A stretch of DNA of 57,635 bases, filler included, from Basidiobolus ranarum (lineage: Eukaryota), in NCBI GenBank assembly GCA_040143965.1. It is 7 parts of 7 records of this genome, joined end to end, with 100 filler letters (N's around TTAATTAATTAA, not from the genome) between each part and the next. Parts side by side here need not be neighbours in the genome. Positions count along the whole stretch, not along the records: positions 24,785 to 32,931 come from JASJQH010007885.1; positions 33,032 to 41,169 come from JASJQH010007886.1; 5 more parts are not named here. One strand, given 5' to 3'. Positions within the stretch are counted from its first letter, which is position 1. Each line of letters opens with the position of its first letter. Under the pieces are notes generated by a model. That model was not told the origin of the DNA, did not search any database, and saw only the letters and a list, made by a program, of their open reading frames with translations. Below are positions 26,435 to 36,423 of the stretch, piece after piece. The position numbers were made by a program, and so were the translations under genes.

Positions 26435-28258
26435 TTAAACTTTAGATTCCTGGTTAATGTTATACCATGAAAGTTTGGGGAGATCCACACCTTTAGGAAT
26501 GAGAACATTATCAATGGCATGGAAAACGCCATTAGATGCTAGACCATCGGTAAGTAAGATACGGACTTGGTGGTTAATGTTGATATCAACACGTTTCTTC
26601 AAACCTACAACGTCGATCGCTAAATTTTCATTCCTGAGATTTGTAGGTAGTTGAACTCGATTCTCGAAAGTTTCATGATGATCGCGTTCGTTACGGCCAC
26701 CTCCAGGGCGTTTACCCCAATCTTCATCATCTTCCCAATCATCGTTAGATCCACGACGATGATGGTCCCAGTCTTCATCGTCTTCCCAATCATCATTTCC
26801 TCTTCTGTTTTGATTTCCTGTGTTTAAAAATCTTTCGCGTTGACCACGGTGAGTATTCCAATCCTCATCATTAGAATTCCAACCTTCACGACGATGGTTA
26901 TCACGTCTGGGACGATGACCTTCAAAACGACCATTACGACCATCATAGTCTTCATCCCAACCACCACGGCGACGAGGATATCCCCTATCGTAATCATCAC
27001 GATCATCATAATCTCTATCGGGTCCTCGGGGGTGGTTTTCGGAGCCATCACGTCTTCTACCGCGACCATAATCTTCATCATCCTCACGGTGGCCATTGCG
27101 TCTTCTGGGATATTCTTCACGATCACCACCGCGTCTTCCACCGCGGCCATAGTCATCACCTTCACTACGACCATCACGTCTTCTGGGATAATCTTCACGA
27201 TCACTACCATGTCTTCCACCACGGCCATAGTCATCGCCATCCTCACGACGACCATTGCGTCTTCTGGGGTAGCCTTCATGCTCACCACCATGTCTTCCAC
27301 CACGACCATAGTCATCGCGTCTTCTGGGATAATCTTCACGATCACCACCTCTTCTTCTACCACGGCCATAATTATCATCATCATCGTAATCAGAATCACC
27401 TCGTCTTCTTTCGCGGTCACTATCGTTACCTCTTCTTCTTCTTTCGGGATTTCGTTTATCGTTATCTCCACGGTGATTACTATCTTCCTGACCGACGATT
27501 GAGGTAGAGTAAGCTAATTTCTTACTAACATGATATTGTAATATTTTTTTGAGGTCGTCCTTTCCCTCGTCAGAGAATAAGTATTCGGTGGCTTCGTTAC
27601 CAAGATTATGGAATGCACCGTCGGTTGGCAAGAATACGGTAATTCCTTCTTCTTGATTAATTTTATCTAACAAGCCGGTGTCCTTGAAAGCTTTCAAAGC
27701 AATGGAGAATGGCTTAGAGAGTTGGTTAATCTGATCATTCAAATTCTTAGGGGGAAGCAAGATCTCTTCAATAGCATGAATCACTCCGTTAGAAGCTTTA
27801 ATATCAGGTTCGGAGATCTGAACCTTATTATTCAGGAACAATTTTCCTTCGGTTTCTTCACTCAAGAATAACCGTTGAGAATGTTGATTCAGGCTTTTAA
27901 GTTCCAATGAAGTCTTCACCAAAGTATTTCTCTTTCGGATATGATCAGCATCAATATATTCGGGAATGATAAGGTATTGAAGAATATCACGTAATTCATC
28001 TTCATTAAGATCTTTCTTGGTTTCTTTTTTCAACTTGTTAAATGCCTCGTCGGTGGGGGCAAATATGGTAAATTCCCCTCTGGAATCCGTGAGGTCATCT
28101 CTTAGTTGACGATTGTTTGTCAAACCAACAAAAACCCGAGAGAATCGACGGTCATTGCTGAGTATGTCCAGTACAGTTCTGGGGCGACGACCGTCGCGTC
28201 GGGGTCCATTTGTAAGGAAATCTTCCTCATCTGAAGAATAATCGATGAATCGGGTCAT
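26435..28258 (-). CDS. Two-FAS1 (fasciclin) domain protein with a large R/G/D repeat insert; 607 aa from the first ATG
   Basis: FAS1 H1/H2 motifs TIFAPTDEAF...ASNGVIHAIEEIL and TVFLPTDGAF...LQYHV [insert] ...ASNGVFHAIDNVL; ATG in AAGAAAATG context; TATAAATA at 28389-28396 on the minus strand. Confidence 0.92.
   Translation of the reverse strand: MTRFIDYSSDEEDFLTNGPRRDGRRPRTVLDILSNDRRFSRVFVGLTNNRQLRDDLTDSRGEFTIFAPTDEAFNKLKKETKKDLNEDELRDILQYLIIPEYIDADHIRKRNTLVKTSLELKSLNQHSQRLFLSEETEGKLFLNNKVQISEPDIKASNGVIHAIEEILLPPKNLNDQINQLSKPFSIALKAFKDTGLLDKINQEEGITVFLPTDGAFHNLGNEATEYLFSDEGKDDLKKILQYHVSKKLAYSTSIVGQEDSNHRGDNDKRNPERRRRGNDSDRERRRGDSDYDDDDNYGRGRRRGGDREDYPRRRDDYGRGGRHGGEHEGYPRRRNGRREDGDDYGRGGRHGSDREDYPRRRDGRSEGDDYGRGGRRGGDREEYPRRRNGHREDDEDYGRGRRRDGSENHPRGPDRDYDDRDDYDRGYPRRRGGWDEDYDGRNGRFEGHRPRRDNHRREGWNSNDEDWNTHRGQRERFLNTGNQNRRGNDDWEDDEDWDHHRRGSNDDWEDDEDWGKRPGGGRNERDHHETFENRVQLPTNLRNENLAIDVVGLKKRVDININHQVRILLTDGLASNGVFHAIDNVLIPKGVDLPKLSWYNINQESKV
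26661..27493 (-). repeat. Imperfect coding tandem repeats: about 5x DDYGRG(G/R)R.G..RE.YPRRR and 2x NDDWEDDEDW
   Basis: Recurrent CGTCTTCTGGGATAATCTTCACGATCA and CCACGGCCATAGTCATC units on the + strand. Confidence 0.9.
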
Positions 28259-28909
28259 TTTCTTGTAAAGGTTTGTAATCCTTTGCAGTTTGGTAGGTAA
28301 AATTGGGAAGGTCAAAGTGGGCAGAGATATTTGGGAATAGGGGTTTAATCAAATAAAGAGTGCAAAATGGATGAAGTGCTCCACAAACTATTTATATTTG
28401 CTAGGAAATAGTTCTACCATCTAATTAAGATGTATACGTCAATAGATTGCTAAGGGGAGGAGAGGAGAGTGCTGGCTAAGCCACCGGATTTCTTGGATTG
28501 CTTATGAATATCACTTCGTTTTCAAGTCGACAATGCAGATTGGTTGTGAAAAAAATCATTCATCCCCGGATTTGATCTCGAAAATGATGACTATCCCGTG
28601 AAAGCATAAAAATAAACGTAATCGTATCGAGGTCTGTTATCATGGTCGTTTATGAAAGCCCCTTGTTGAAAAAACTGGTAGGCTAAGCCACTTCCCTAAG
28701 CCTTCACAAGTGTGGCTTATTCTTAAGATTGGCACATTTGTTACCCCCAGCACACAATTTCATGTAACGATGTAGGATTCATGAGGTGCTATCCCATTGA
28801 AATTTAGCCATCCTATCAATGTTTTAATAAAAATTTTCCACAAAGATTAGGAATAGATATTTGCAATAGAGAGCGGTTACTGAGCAGTAGTAAGGTCCAG
28901 GTACCTAGC

Positions 28910-29784
28910 TTAAATAGCTAGAGCTTGGGTAAGGGTGCTTCCACATGGCCCTATAAAAGCAAACTGATAGGGAATATTGGATGCTTCAATATTAAACTCA
29001 GCAACATGTCCACCATTAGCTAAAACCTGATCAGCAAAGCCGGCAGCAGGATATACAACACCTGAAGTTCCAATAACCAATAGAAGGTCGCATCTATCAA
29101 GTTCTTTATATATCTTGTCCACATTGGGTTTTTCAAGGTTTTCTCCAAACCAAACTATGTGAGGGCGCAGGAGAGAATCGCACTTGGAGCAACGGGGTAA
29201 ACTTTTCACCGTAATATTGGTGTCAAAGTCTAGTAGCTCTGTTCCTTTTAATGACTCAACGATGGGACTGTCGTAGTTAACTCTCACTTCTTGGCAATGA
29301 GTACACCGCGTTTTAAATAAATTACCATGCATCTCAATCACTTTTTTAGAACCGGCACGTAAATGTAAGCCATCAACATTCTGAGTAATAAGAGTAAAAT
29401 TTTTCCCCAACTCTGCGGCTATTTTTTCGAACCTGACTAATGCTAGATGACCGATGTTGGGCGTCTTGTTCAATACAAGTTCACGTCTTTAAAATAGGCG
29501 ATTTAGTTGTTGAGAGGTATTTTTTTTGAGAGAAATCTACTTTGACAAAGTATACTTTACCGATAGTGATAAAATTCCCATACTCGAGAAGGATTGTTAT
29601 GGAATGCTTCAGGTGTGGCTAAAGAAGTGGCTTGAAACGTACGCCATATTCCTCCAGTTCCACGAAAAGTTGGCACACCACTTTCAGCAGAAGCACCGGC
29701 GCCTGTCAGAGCTACTATATTCTTTGCAGCTCGCAGTACTTCTCGAAAAGCCTCAAGTGAATTGCTCCTCAAAGGTGTACCCAT
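28910..29784 (-). CDS. SIRT5: Class III sirtuin (SIRT5/CobB-type NAD-dependent deacylase), 2 exons
   Basis: [25 protein letters not shown] (the Tyr/Arg pair linked to desuccinylase specificity), [44 protein letters not shown]. Confidence 0.95.
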
Positions 29785-30495
29785 TATTTCTAAAGGAAGT
29801 TACTTCTATTAGATAGTCAGTTAACCTTGTCAGGTGTACATGGAGGACTTTTGTTACACTAAATCGACAAGAGAATTTCCATTCCTATTCCCATCCCCAT
29901 CCCCATTACTATTCATTTTCAGTTAAATTGCTGTGCAAGAGCGCGTAATCATTGTATCACTTCAAACGAAATCGAATTAGGGGTTGGTTTAAGAATCCAA
30001 TAGAAATGTGTTTATGAATGGCTTCCTTTTACCCACCCAGATGCCTATTTTACACAACTTCTTCACTCTGATGCTAACTAAAGCTAAGCTAGACGTCTCT
30101 TTCGGTCTATACTAATATAGTTGTATATACTACAATAACAAATATATGACTTTCTATCGGTGATTCCATTTCGATGGTTAATCTAGATTCAGTATTTATA
30201 GATGTAGCTTACATCTAAGACCTGTCTACAAAAGATTTTCGCGAATGTGGCGACTTACGGTTCTTATTCTTCGTCTTAAAGCTGTTGCCGTTGTGTCCTA
30301 TTCAAGAGTCCATTTAATTTACTATATGTAGCGCATATAGTAATTCACGGTGACCGAGTTCTCAATATAGAATGTTCGTAGTCATTTAATCTAGTTCGTA
30401 TGCCGGCTTTCTCCGGTCCATTTTCGTATAAAACAGTGGTGTTTTACCTTACGACAAGTATTCACTTCTTATTATCTAGTTTTAATACATTTCCA

Positions 30496-31299
30496 ATGCG
30501 CAGAACAGACTTCTATGACGAATTGGGTGCCCTCTTTGCAAAGTTGCCAAGTTGTACTGAAGATTTAGAATGCCTGCTAAAAAGCTTTTTATGCATCCTG
30601 CAAAATAACGAAGATATCGTTAGCATCGGAAATACCTTGCATAACGTATGCTATTCGTTTATTGAGCTCGCATACTTCGAGGAACACAAAGACATCATCG
30701 TGGAGATACTCATCAATCTTGGTATTCAAACTCGCTCCGAAAAAGAGCTCAATGTCATTTACACAGTGCTGTATTTCGTATATCAGGCGCATCCTAACTG
30801 TTGTAATAAGGACTCCAAACGGAATTTACTGAAAAAATTAAAATCCGAGACCGTAGAAGAGCAAGTTTACGGTACACAACTACCAGGTTTGTTGTTGCTA
30901 AAGGAGATGTGCTGTGACTCAAATTTCATCTCTTCCGACTTAGTGCTCTTCGATGACTGCTTTCTTGATTCACTTCTTGATTTGGTGGGCTATACCGATC
31001 ATTTCGTCAGTGATGCTGCAGTCGATTTACTTTTATGTCTTGTGCAGCAATTTGACAAGGGATGTGGGGATAACCTGGCCATTGAGGCGATGTCCAGACG
31101 GCTACGAGTCAACCCAGCTTTCAGTGAGATTATTGTACTGACATCTGCCGCTCCACACAAAGGCGGGCACTCACGCAACTCAGAGATTTGTCAACTGTTA
31201 GATAGATTGAAGAGTTTGGAGTCAGCAAGCAAACAGACGCCCTCTATGTCTGCAATTCATTCACAATCCATAACTAAAACAAAATCAGTCCTGGCCTAA
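30496..31299 (+). CDS. Divergent helical protein resembling the N-terminal and middle part of Ldb17/Dip1 (WISH/DIP/SPIN90 family); intronless
   Basis: DFYDEL...LKSFL...CYSFIELAYFEEH...LLLLKEMC...DLVLFDDCFLDSLLDLV...LLLCLVQQF...NLAIEAMS...FSEIIVL parallels remembered fungal Ldb17 blocks; an in-frame upstream ATG lies at 30400. Recognised from memory only. Confidence 0.55.
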   Translation: MRRTDFYDELGALFAKLPSCTEDLECLLKSFLCILQNNEDIVSIGNTLHNVCYSFIELAYFEEHKDIIVEILINLGIQTRSEKELNVIYTVLYFVYQAHPNCCNKDSKRNLLKKLKSETVEEQVYGTQLPGLLLLKEMCCDSNFISSDLVLFDDCFLDSLLDLVGYTDHFVSDAAVDLLLCLVQQFDKGCGDNLAIEAMSRRLRVNPAFSEIIVLTSAAPHKGGHSRNSEICQLLDRLKSLESASKQTPSMSAIHSQSITKTKSVLA

Positions 31300-32138
31300 T
31301 GGCAATTGTAATCAAAATGGGGAGTTACTCCATTTGTAGGAATTTATCCGTGTATCATCTATTACTCTGTTTGAATCAACCTTTGTTAACTACCAATAAC
31401 TATAGATAAAATAAAAGTACATATTTACTAGTTATACTCAACAGGTGTTTATTTTGAAGCGACTTTATGGTTACTTTCCACTTGCTTCAAGCAAATATGA
31501 TAACAGGTGAATAACTTGCATCCTTAAATTCCTTCATATATTGTATCCGGAACATGATTTAGAACCATTCGAGAAATTCATATCAAGAAAGTCTTATTCC
31601 AATTTACCTTTAATTCAAGTTAAAGGGTTGAATCATTGCTCTCTTTAGATCCTTTCTCTTGGGCAAGTAGTTTGATCCTTCTCTTATGTAAATATCTACT
31701 TTCTAAAACATCTCAGAGCCAAGGCTATACTCCGCTGTGAGATTGGTTCGTGAAATGAAACCAAAAATTCCACTCGTTATTCAACATATTGGCTTGCCCC
31801 TTTAGAAGTAAATTTCATTGAAGGAGTTAGTTCTGATACAACAACAGTGACTTACATTTAGCTCTTTACATTAAAGTGAATTGTAGTTCAGTAACGATAA
31901 CATCGTATGTAAAACGCTACTTTGATTGACGGTTTAGCATCACTATATTGTTTTCCAAGTCCTCCCCATTGAACTTTAACCATATACAGCTAGTCGACTA
32001 GAGATAACTTTCGAAAAAATCAATCCAAGTGTAGTAAATTAACGATGGAGAAACATATAAATACTCAACTAATTGTTAGAAATAAAAGTATATCCACTCC
32101 AATTATTCCCACTTTTTTTAACTATCTACTTCATCAGG

Positions 32139-32931
32139 ATGAAGGTCTCCGCATTAAAAACATTCTTGATAATCTCTACTCTAACGCTGACCGCTGGTGT
32201 AAGCATTCCGGATCCTAAATTATCTCACCAGTATTGCCAAGGTGTTGTTTCCGGGTTACAAACCTACGGCATAAGTCTTGATGTAAAAGCTTGCAAGAAT
32301 ATCGATGTGACAAAGTTTCCTACTGGTACCACACAACCCAATATGCAAGATTGTAAAGCATTAGTCAAAAGTGCTAACGATCTAGGCTTAAAATGTGACG
32401 AAAAAGACTGCCCTCAGGCTCCACAAGATGCCATCGAAGGCGATGGCGATGATAGCATTGATAAAGGGGGATACGGCACTGGAGTAGGTAGTGATAATGA
32501 ATACAGCGAAGGTATGAATGACAAAGGAGGTAGGAGAAAAGGTAGCTACGATAAAGACAGCGGAGAAAAAGGTAGTAAAGGGTATAATTCTAAAGGCGGC
32601 TACGGTACTGGTATTGGTGGCAGCAAAGGCGATGGAGGTAAAGGTGGCTATGATGCTGGAGTAGATGGTGGGAAAGACAATGATAATGGCAAAGGTGGCT
32701 ACGATACTGGTGTAAGCGGTGGCAAAGATAACGGAGGTAAGGGCGGAAAAGGTGATAATGGCAAAGGTGGTTACGATACTGGTGTAAGCGGTAGCAAAGA
32801 TAACGGAAGTAAGGGCGGGAAAGGTGTTAATGGCAAAGGTGGCTACGATACTGGCGTAAGTGGTGGCAAAGATAACGGAGGCAAGGGCGGAAAAGGTAAT
32901 AATGGCAAAGGTGGTTACGATACTGGCGTAA
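32139..32931 (+). CDS. Secreted Gly/Lys/Asp/Tyr-rich repeat protein (3'-truncated)
   Basis: Signal MKVSALKTFLIISTLTLTAG; small Cys-containing domain; then 24-aa (72-nt) repeats GKGGYDTGVSGGKDNGGKGGKGDN starting at 32688, 32760, 32832 and 32904. Confidence 0.85.
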
Positions 32932-33062
32932 NNNNNNNNNNNNNNNNNNNNNNNNNNNNNNNNNNNNNNNNNNNNTTAATTAATTAANNNNNNNNNNNNN
33001 NNNNNNNNNNNNNNNNNNNNNNNNNNNNNNNCGACATGACAGCAAATTTGTCAAAGAATAAA

Positions 33063-33135
33063 CAACCCAACCGGGGGTCGAACCCGGGACCTTCCGCTTA
33101 GGAGGCGGACGCTCTATCCACTGAGCTACAGGGCC
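33063..33135 (-). tRNA. tRNA-Arg(CCT)
   Basis: GGCCCTGTAGCTCAGTGGATAGAGCG-TCCGC-CTCCTAA-GCGGA-AGGTC-CCGGG-TTCGACC-CCCGG-TTGGGTTG; 73 nt; the acceptor stem is weak. Confidence 0.88.
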
Positions 33136-33749
33136 TTACATGTTAAGGTCTAAAGAATCATATAACAGAATGTAACATATAATAAATTAGTTTATCATAA
33201 GCCACTTGTATTGTGTGAGATGCAGTAAAACTGACTTTTGTTTCACAGAAGAAAAACCGTAGAAATAATTGCTATTCACATTTGTGTTTTCCTTTAGATG
33301 CTCACCTTTTTAATTAGAGGACGAATGGAGAAACTTCATGGTCAATTCTAGTTGGAGTTCTCCTAACTTGGTCGTAATAGGTTAGTTGTATTACATCAAT
33401 CTGCACTTGTTCATCATACAAACAAGGACGCACTGAGAAAGAAGAAGATTTATATTTCAAGAGCGATGTACAAAAGATTGGTAGTTTAGCTTTCATTAGA
33501 TATTATAGTATGTTCTAACCTAATTATGTTGCCGTTGTGGAGACAATCAACAATGACCGTAGTGTGTATACAGTGAGTGGAACTACATTATTGATGAGTG
33601 TCAGATATAGTCTACATAATTCTTCAAGTGTCGGTAAACATGTATAGAAAGATAAGTAACAATAAAGAATTTTTATATATTGGGGATTGCGTTCCTCAAA
33701 CCCCAAGGGTTTTAAGCAACACTAGTGATTTACTTGATGCTACTGGGGA

Positions 33750-34845
33750 CTATGTTACACATAATGCATTTGGAGGAGAGGCTATACTTTTATACTTGTT
33801 TAGAGGTGCCCTTGTGAAGAAATACTCATAGACACCATCCTCAGCTGAGCTTTCTGCAAGAGCATCTAGATAAAATAATTCACCAATAGGCATGCTCCAA
33901 CCACCCAGTAATAGTGCATCTATTCAACAGAACATCATCAGTATGAATACGCAGTGTAGTATTCTTCAAAAAAAACACTTTACGACAAGAGGAATTCAGG
34001 TCATTACGCGGCCATCCTTCAAAAGCTACATTATCCACGGTCACAGCAGCAAGATGACGGTTCCATATCCAAGCGAATGTGTCTTCACCTGCCTTAATGC
34101 CAGCTGAGGTAGTATTTGCGGGATCCGGAATTTCTGAGGCTAGCTTGTCACCCAAGCGATCATGTTTGGTAGTCCAACCAGTACATAGTAACAAAACATC
34201 ACCTTGGCGGAACATTACATTCTGGGTTTTTGCCACTTGATCTAACTCTTCAACAGTGATTTCATTACGTTGAAAGGGATCAAATTCAGGGCGATAATTT
34301 TGCGCCGTTTTTGCGACCATAGTCCAAAAGTACTGCACGTGTAGCGATACCGTGACGAGATATAGGATGAATATCTAAACGTCTATAACCATGGTCTTCT
34401 TCTTCAGGCGTCTACTCGGAAGAATCAATGTTGTTATAATACTTGACCGCCAGTATGCAACTGAAATGAATGAACACATCCCACTGCGACTAGGCTTGCG
34501 TACTGTAATTCTTGTACTCATCATCAAAGGCCAAATCGTTAGGAGTCAATGATTTTGCCATATGTTTCATTGTTGAACGGCCTGCTAATGTTAGACGTGG
34601 TTTCTCCATTTCCCAACTTAATGGAAAATGCTGGCCTTTCTTGATGCATTGAGCTGCCTTGCGAGAGAATTGGTATGAGGATCTCTAGATTTTTTCAGAG
34701 CTACAAATAGCATACCTTGGTGGTCACTTCATTGGTTACTTTATTCAAAGTTCCCAAACTATCATCTTCTCCCCCAAAGCCCCCAGGCTATCTTGCCAGG
34801 ATACTTGCTATCAATAGGTAATTGATCATAGTTGGGAAGTGGTAT
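33750..34845 (-). pseudogene. Cyclase-family (kynurenine formamidase-like) pseudogene, paralog of 44085-45186
   Basis: Collinear with the intact copy, including both introns; the start codon reads ATA (34843-34845); +4 frameshift after LLDYGR (TGG replaced by AAAAACG, ~34307-34313). Confidence 0.85.
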
Positions 34846-35486
34846 TTGTTCAAAATAATAAACGGTATTACAAAACACAAGTTCAAAAAAACGAGTAAAA
34901 AATTACCCAAGTGCCTCGAGACATATATACATAACAATTTCAACGTTGCTACCTTGATCTCTAAACCGTAGAAAAAAGATACTTGCGTTATCATAGATAA
35001 CTTGTCTGAATGAATTGCTAAAAATATACTCATTTTGTGTCATTCCCGGTAAGTTTTCTGGATTCATAGTTGGTACAAATTCAATGAAAGTCTTAGTTGT
35101 AAATATTGATAGTGATAGCATCATTTACAGACAAGGATTTTTGAGAATCCTTACTAAGCTGATTAATGTAATGGATTCCGCCATTTTCAACCTCCAATGG
35201 AACCAAACCAAGCCAAGAATTTTAATTTAAAGATTTCATAGTATTTGAAATTGTTTAACAAATTACTGATAATTAATAAGAGTTGAAAATGGTTGTCTTG
35301 TTAAAATAGCAAGCAACTGGTGCTTCTACTTTCTCCTTATAAAACTTTCACTGCTCAGCGAATGTGAGTTAGATCTTACCCGAGGTAACCAGTAACTTCT
35401 TAGGGTTAGGTTGACGAAGAATATGAAGCAGTCATATTCGAAATTATCTATTATTAGTAATGACGGTAATGTTTTGCCAAAATATT

Positions 35487-35558
35487 TGCCTACTGCCGGG
35501 ATTGAACTGGCGACCTTCAGTTTACGAGACTGACGCGCTACCACTGCGCTAAGCAGGC
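35487..35558 (-). tRNA. tRNA-Thr(CGT)
   Basis: GCCTGCTTAGCGCAGTGGTAGCGCG-TCAGT-CTCGTAA-ACTGA-AGGTC-GCCAG-TTCAATC-CCGGC-AGTAGGCA; one A-C mismatch in the T stem; T-run downstream. Confidence 0.92.
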
Positions 35559-36341
35559 ATCTGTTGAATGTCACAGTGCTAAGGCCATGTATTCTTTTAA
35601 ATAATGGTTTCTTTTAGAATCGAAATGAATTGACGGTCGCGCAATGAGATATCTTGAACTGTCAATTAATACTGCTCGAATGATACTAGTCGTAGATCTT
35701 TCCCAACAGTCGATCGTCAATATAAGCTTGCTTCAGATTCCGGTTGCCTGCTCTGCTTCCTTCTTTGTTCTTTTATTTATCATAAATTATGCTATTGTTT
35801 CTGTAATGTATTCATTTGGTTTAGGGGGTTGTTTATTCTTTCCTAATGGCTTAAGCGTGTAACATGAATGTATTACGAAATTGGTTAGTAGGAAAGGTAC
35901 AGACGTCAAACCTTAAGGTCCAGGTTTGGTTATCGGCTATTTGTATGCAAAATATTAAGTTGATTGAGACATCATATTGTCTCCAAAATTGACATCGCTC
36001 AGTAATAAAACAATCGAGTTAAGTTCAATCCATTGTGACTTGATTGCCAGAAAGACTACAGCAGGCTCACTCAAGATATAACGAGGAAGAAGATCGTTTC
36101 AGTAGATTAATCAATATAGCAAGCAGGAACAACATGGATTAAACATGCAGACGATTCATCTAGAAACAGGTGGACTTTGTGGTATTTCATAATAGAAACT
36201 CATCGCAGATGCTCGAAAACTTCTCCACTACATATTGCTATTTCAAATAAATTATCAGTCTTAGAATTCACCTGATTAAATACTAACAAATTGTAACATT
36301 GAAACTCGCATTCCTATGCTACTTCTATGAAATACTAAAAT

Positions 36342-36423
36342 TGATGAGAGTGGGGTTCGAACCCACGCCTCCGGAGAGACTGCGACCTGAACGCAGCGCC
36401 TTAGACCACTCGGCCATCTCACC
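36342..36423 (-). tRNA. tRNA-Leu(CAG)
   Basis: GGTGAGATGGCCGAGTGGTCTAAGGCG-CTGCG-TTCAGGT-CGCAG, long variable arm, GTGGG-TTCGAAC-CCCAC-TCTCATCA; 82 nt. Confidence 0.96.

Noticed and set aside
26824..27502. Long Thr/Ile-rich and Val/Met-rich ORFs overlapping the fasciclin insert
   Set aside because: Alternative-frame readings of a low-complexity repeat; the FAS1 frame explains the region.
32688..32931. Regular direct repeats (also 39743-39922) considered as CRISPR-like arrays
   Set aside because: Head-to-tail, in-frame coding repeats without unique spacers, in a eukaryotic context with no cas genes.
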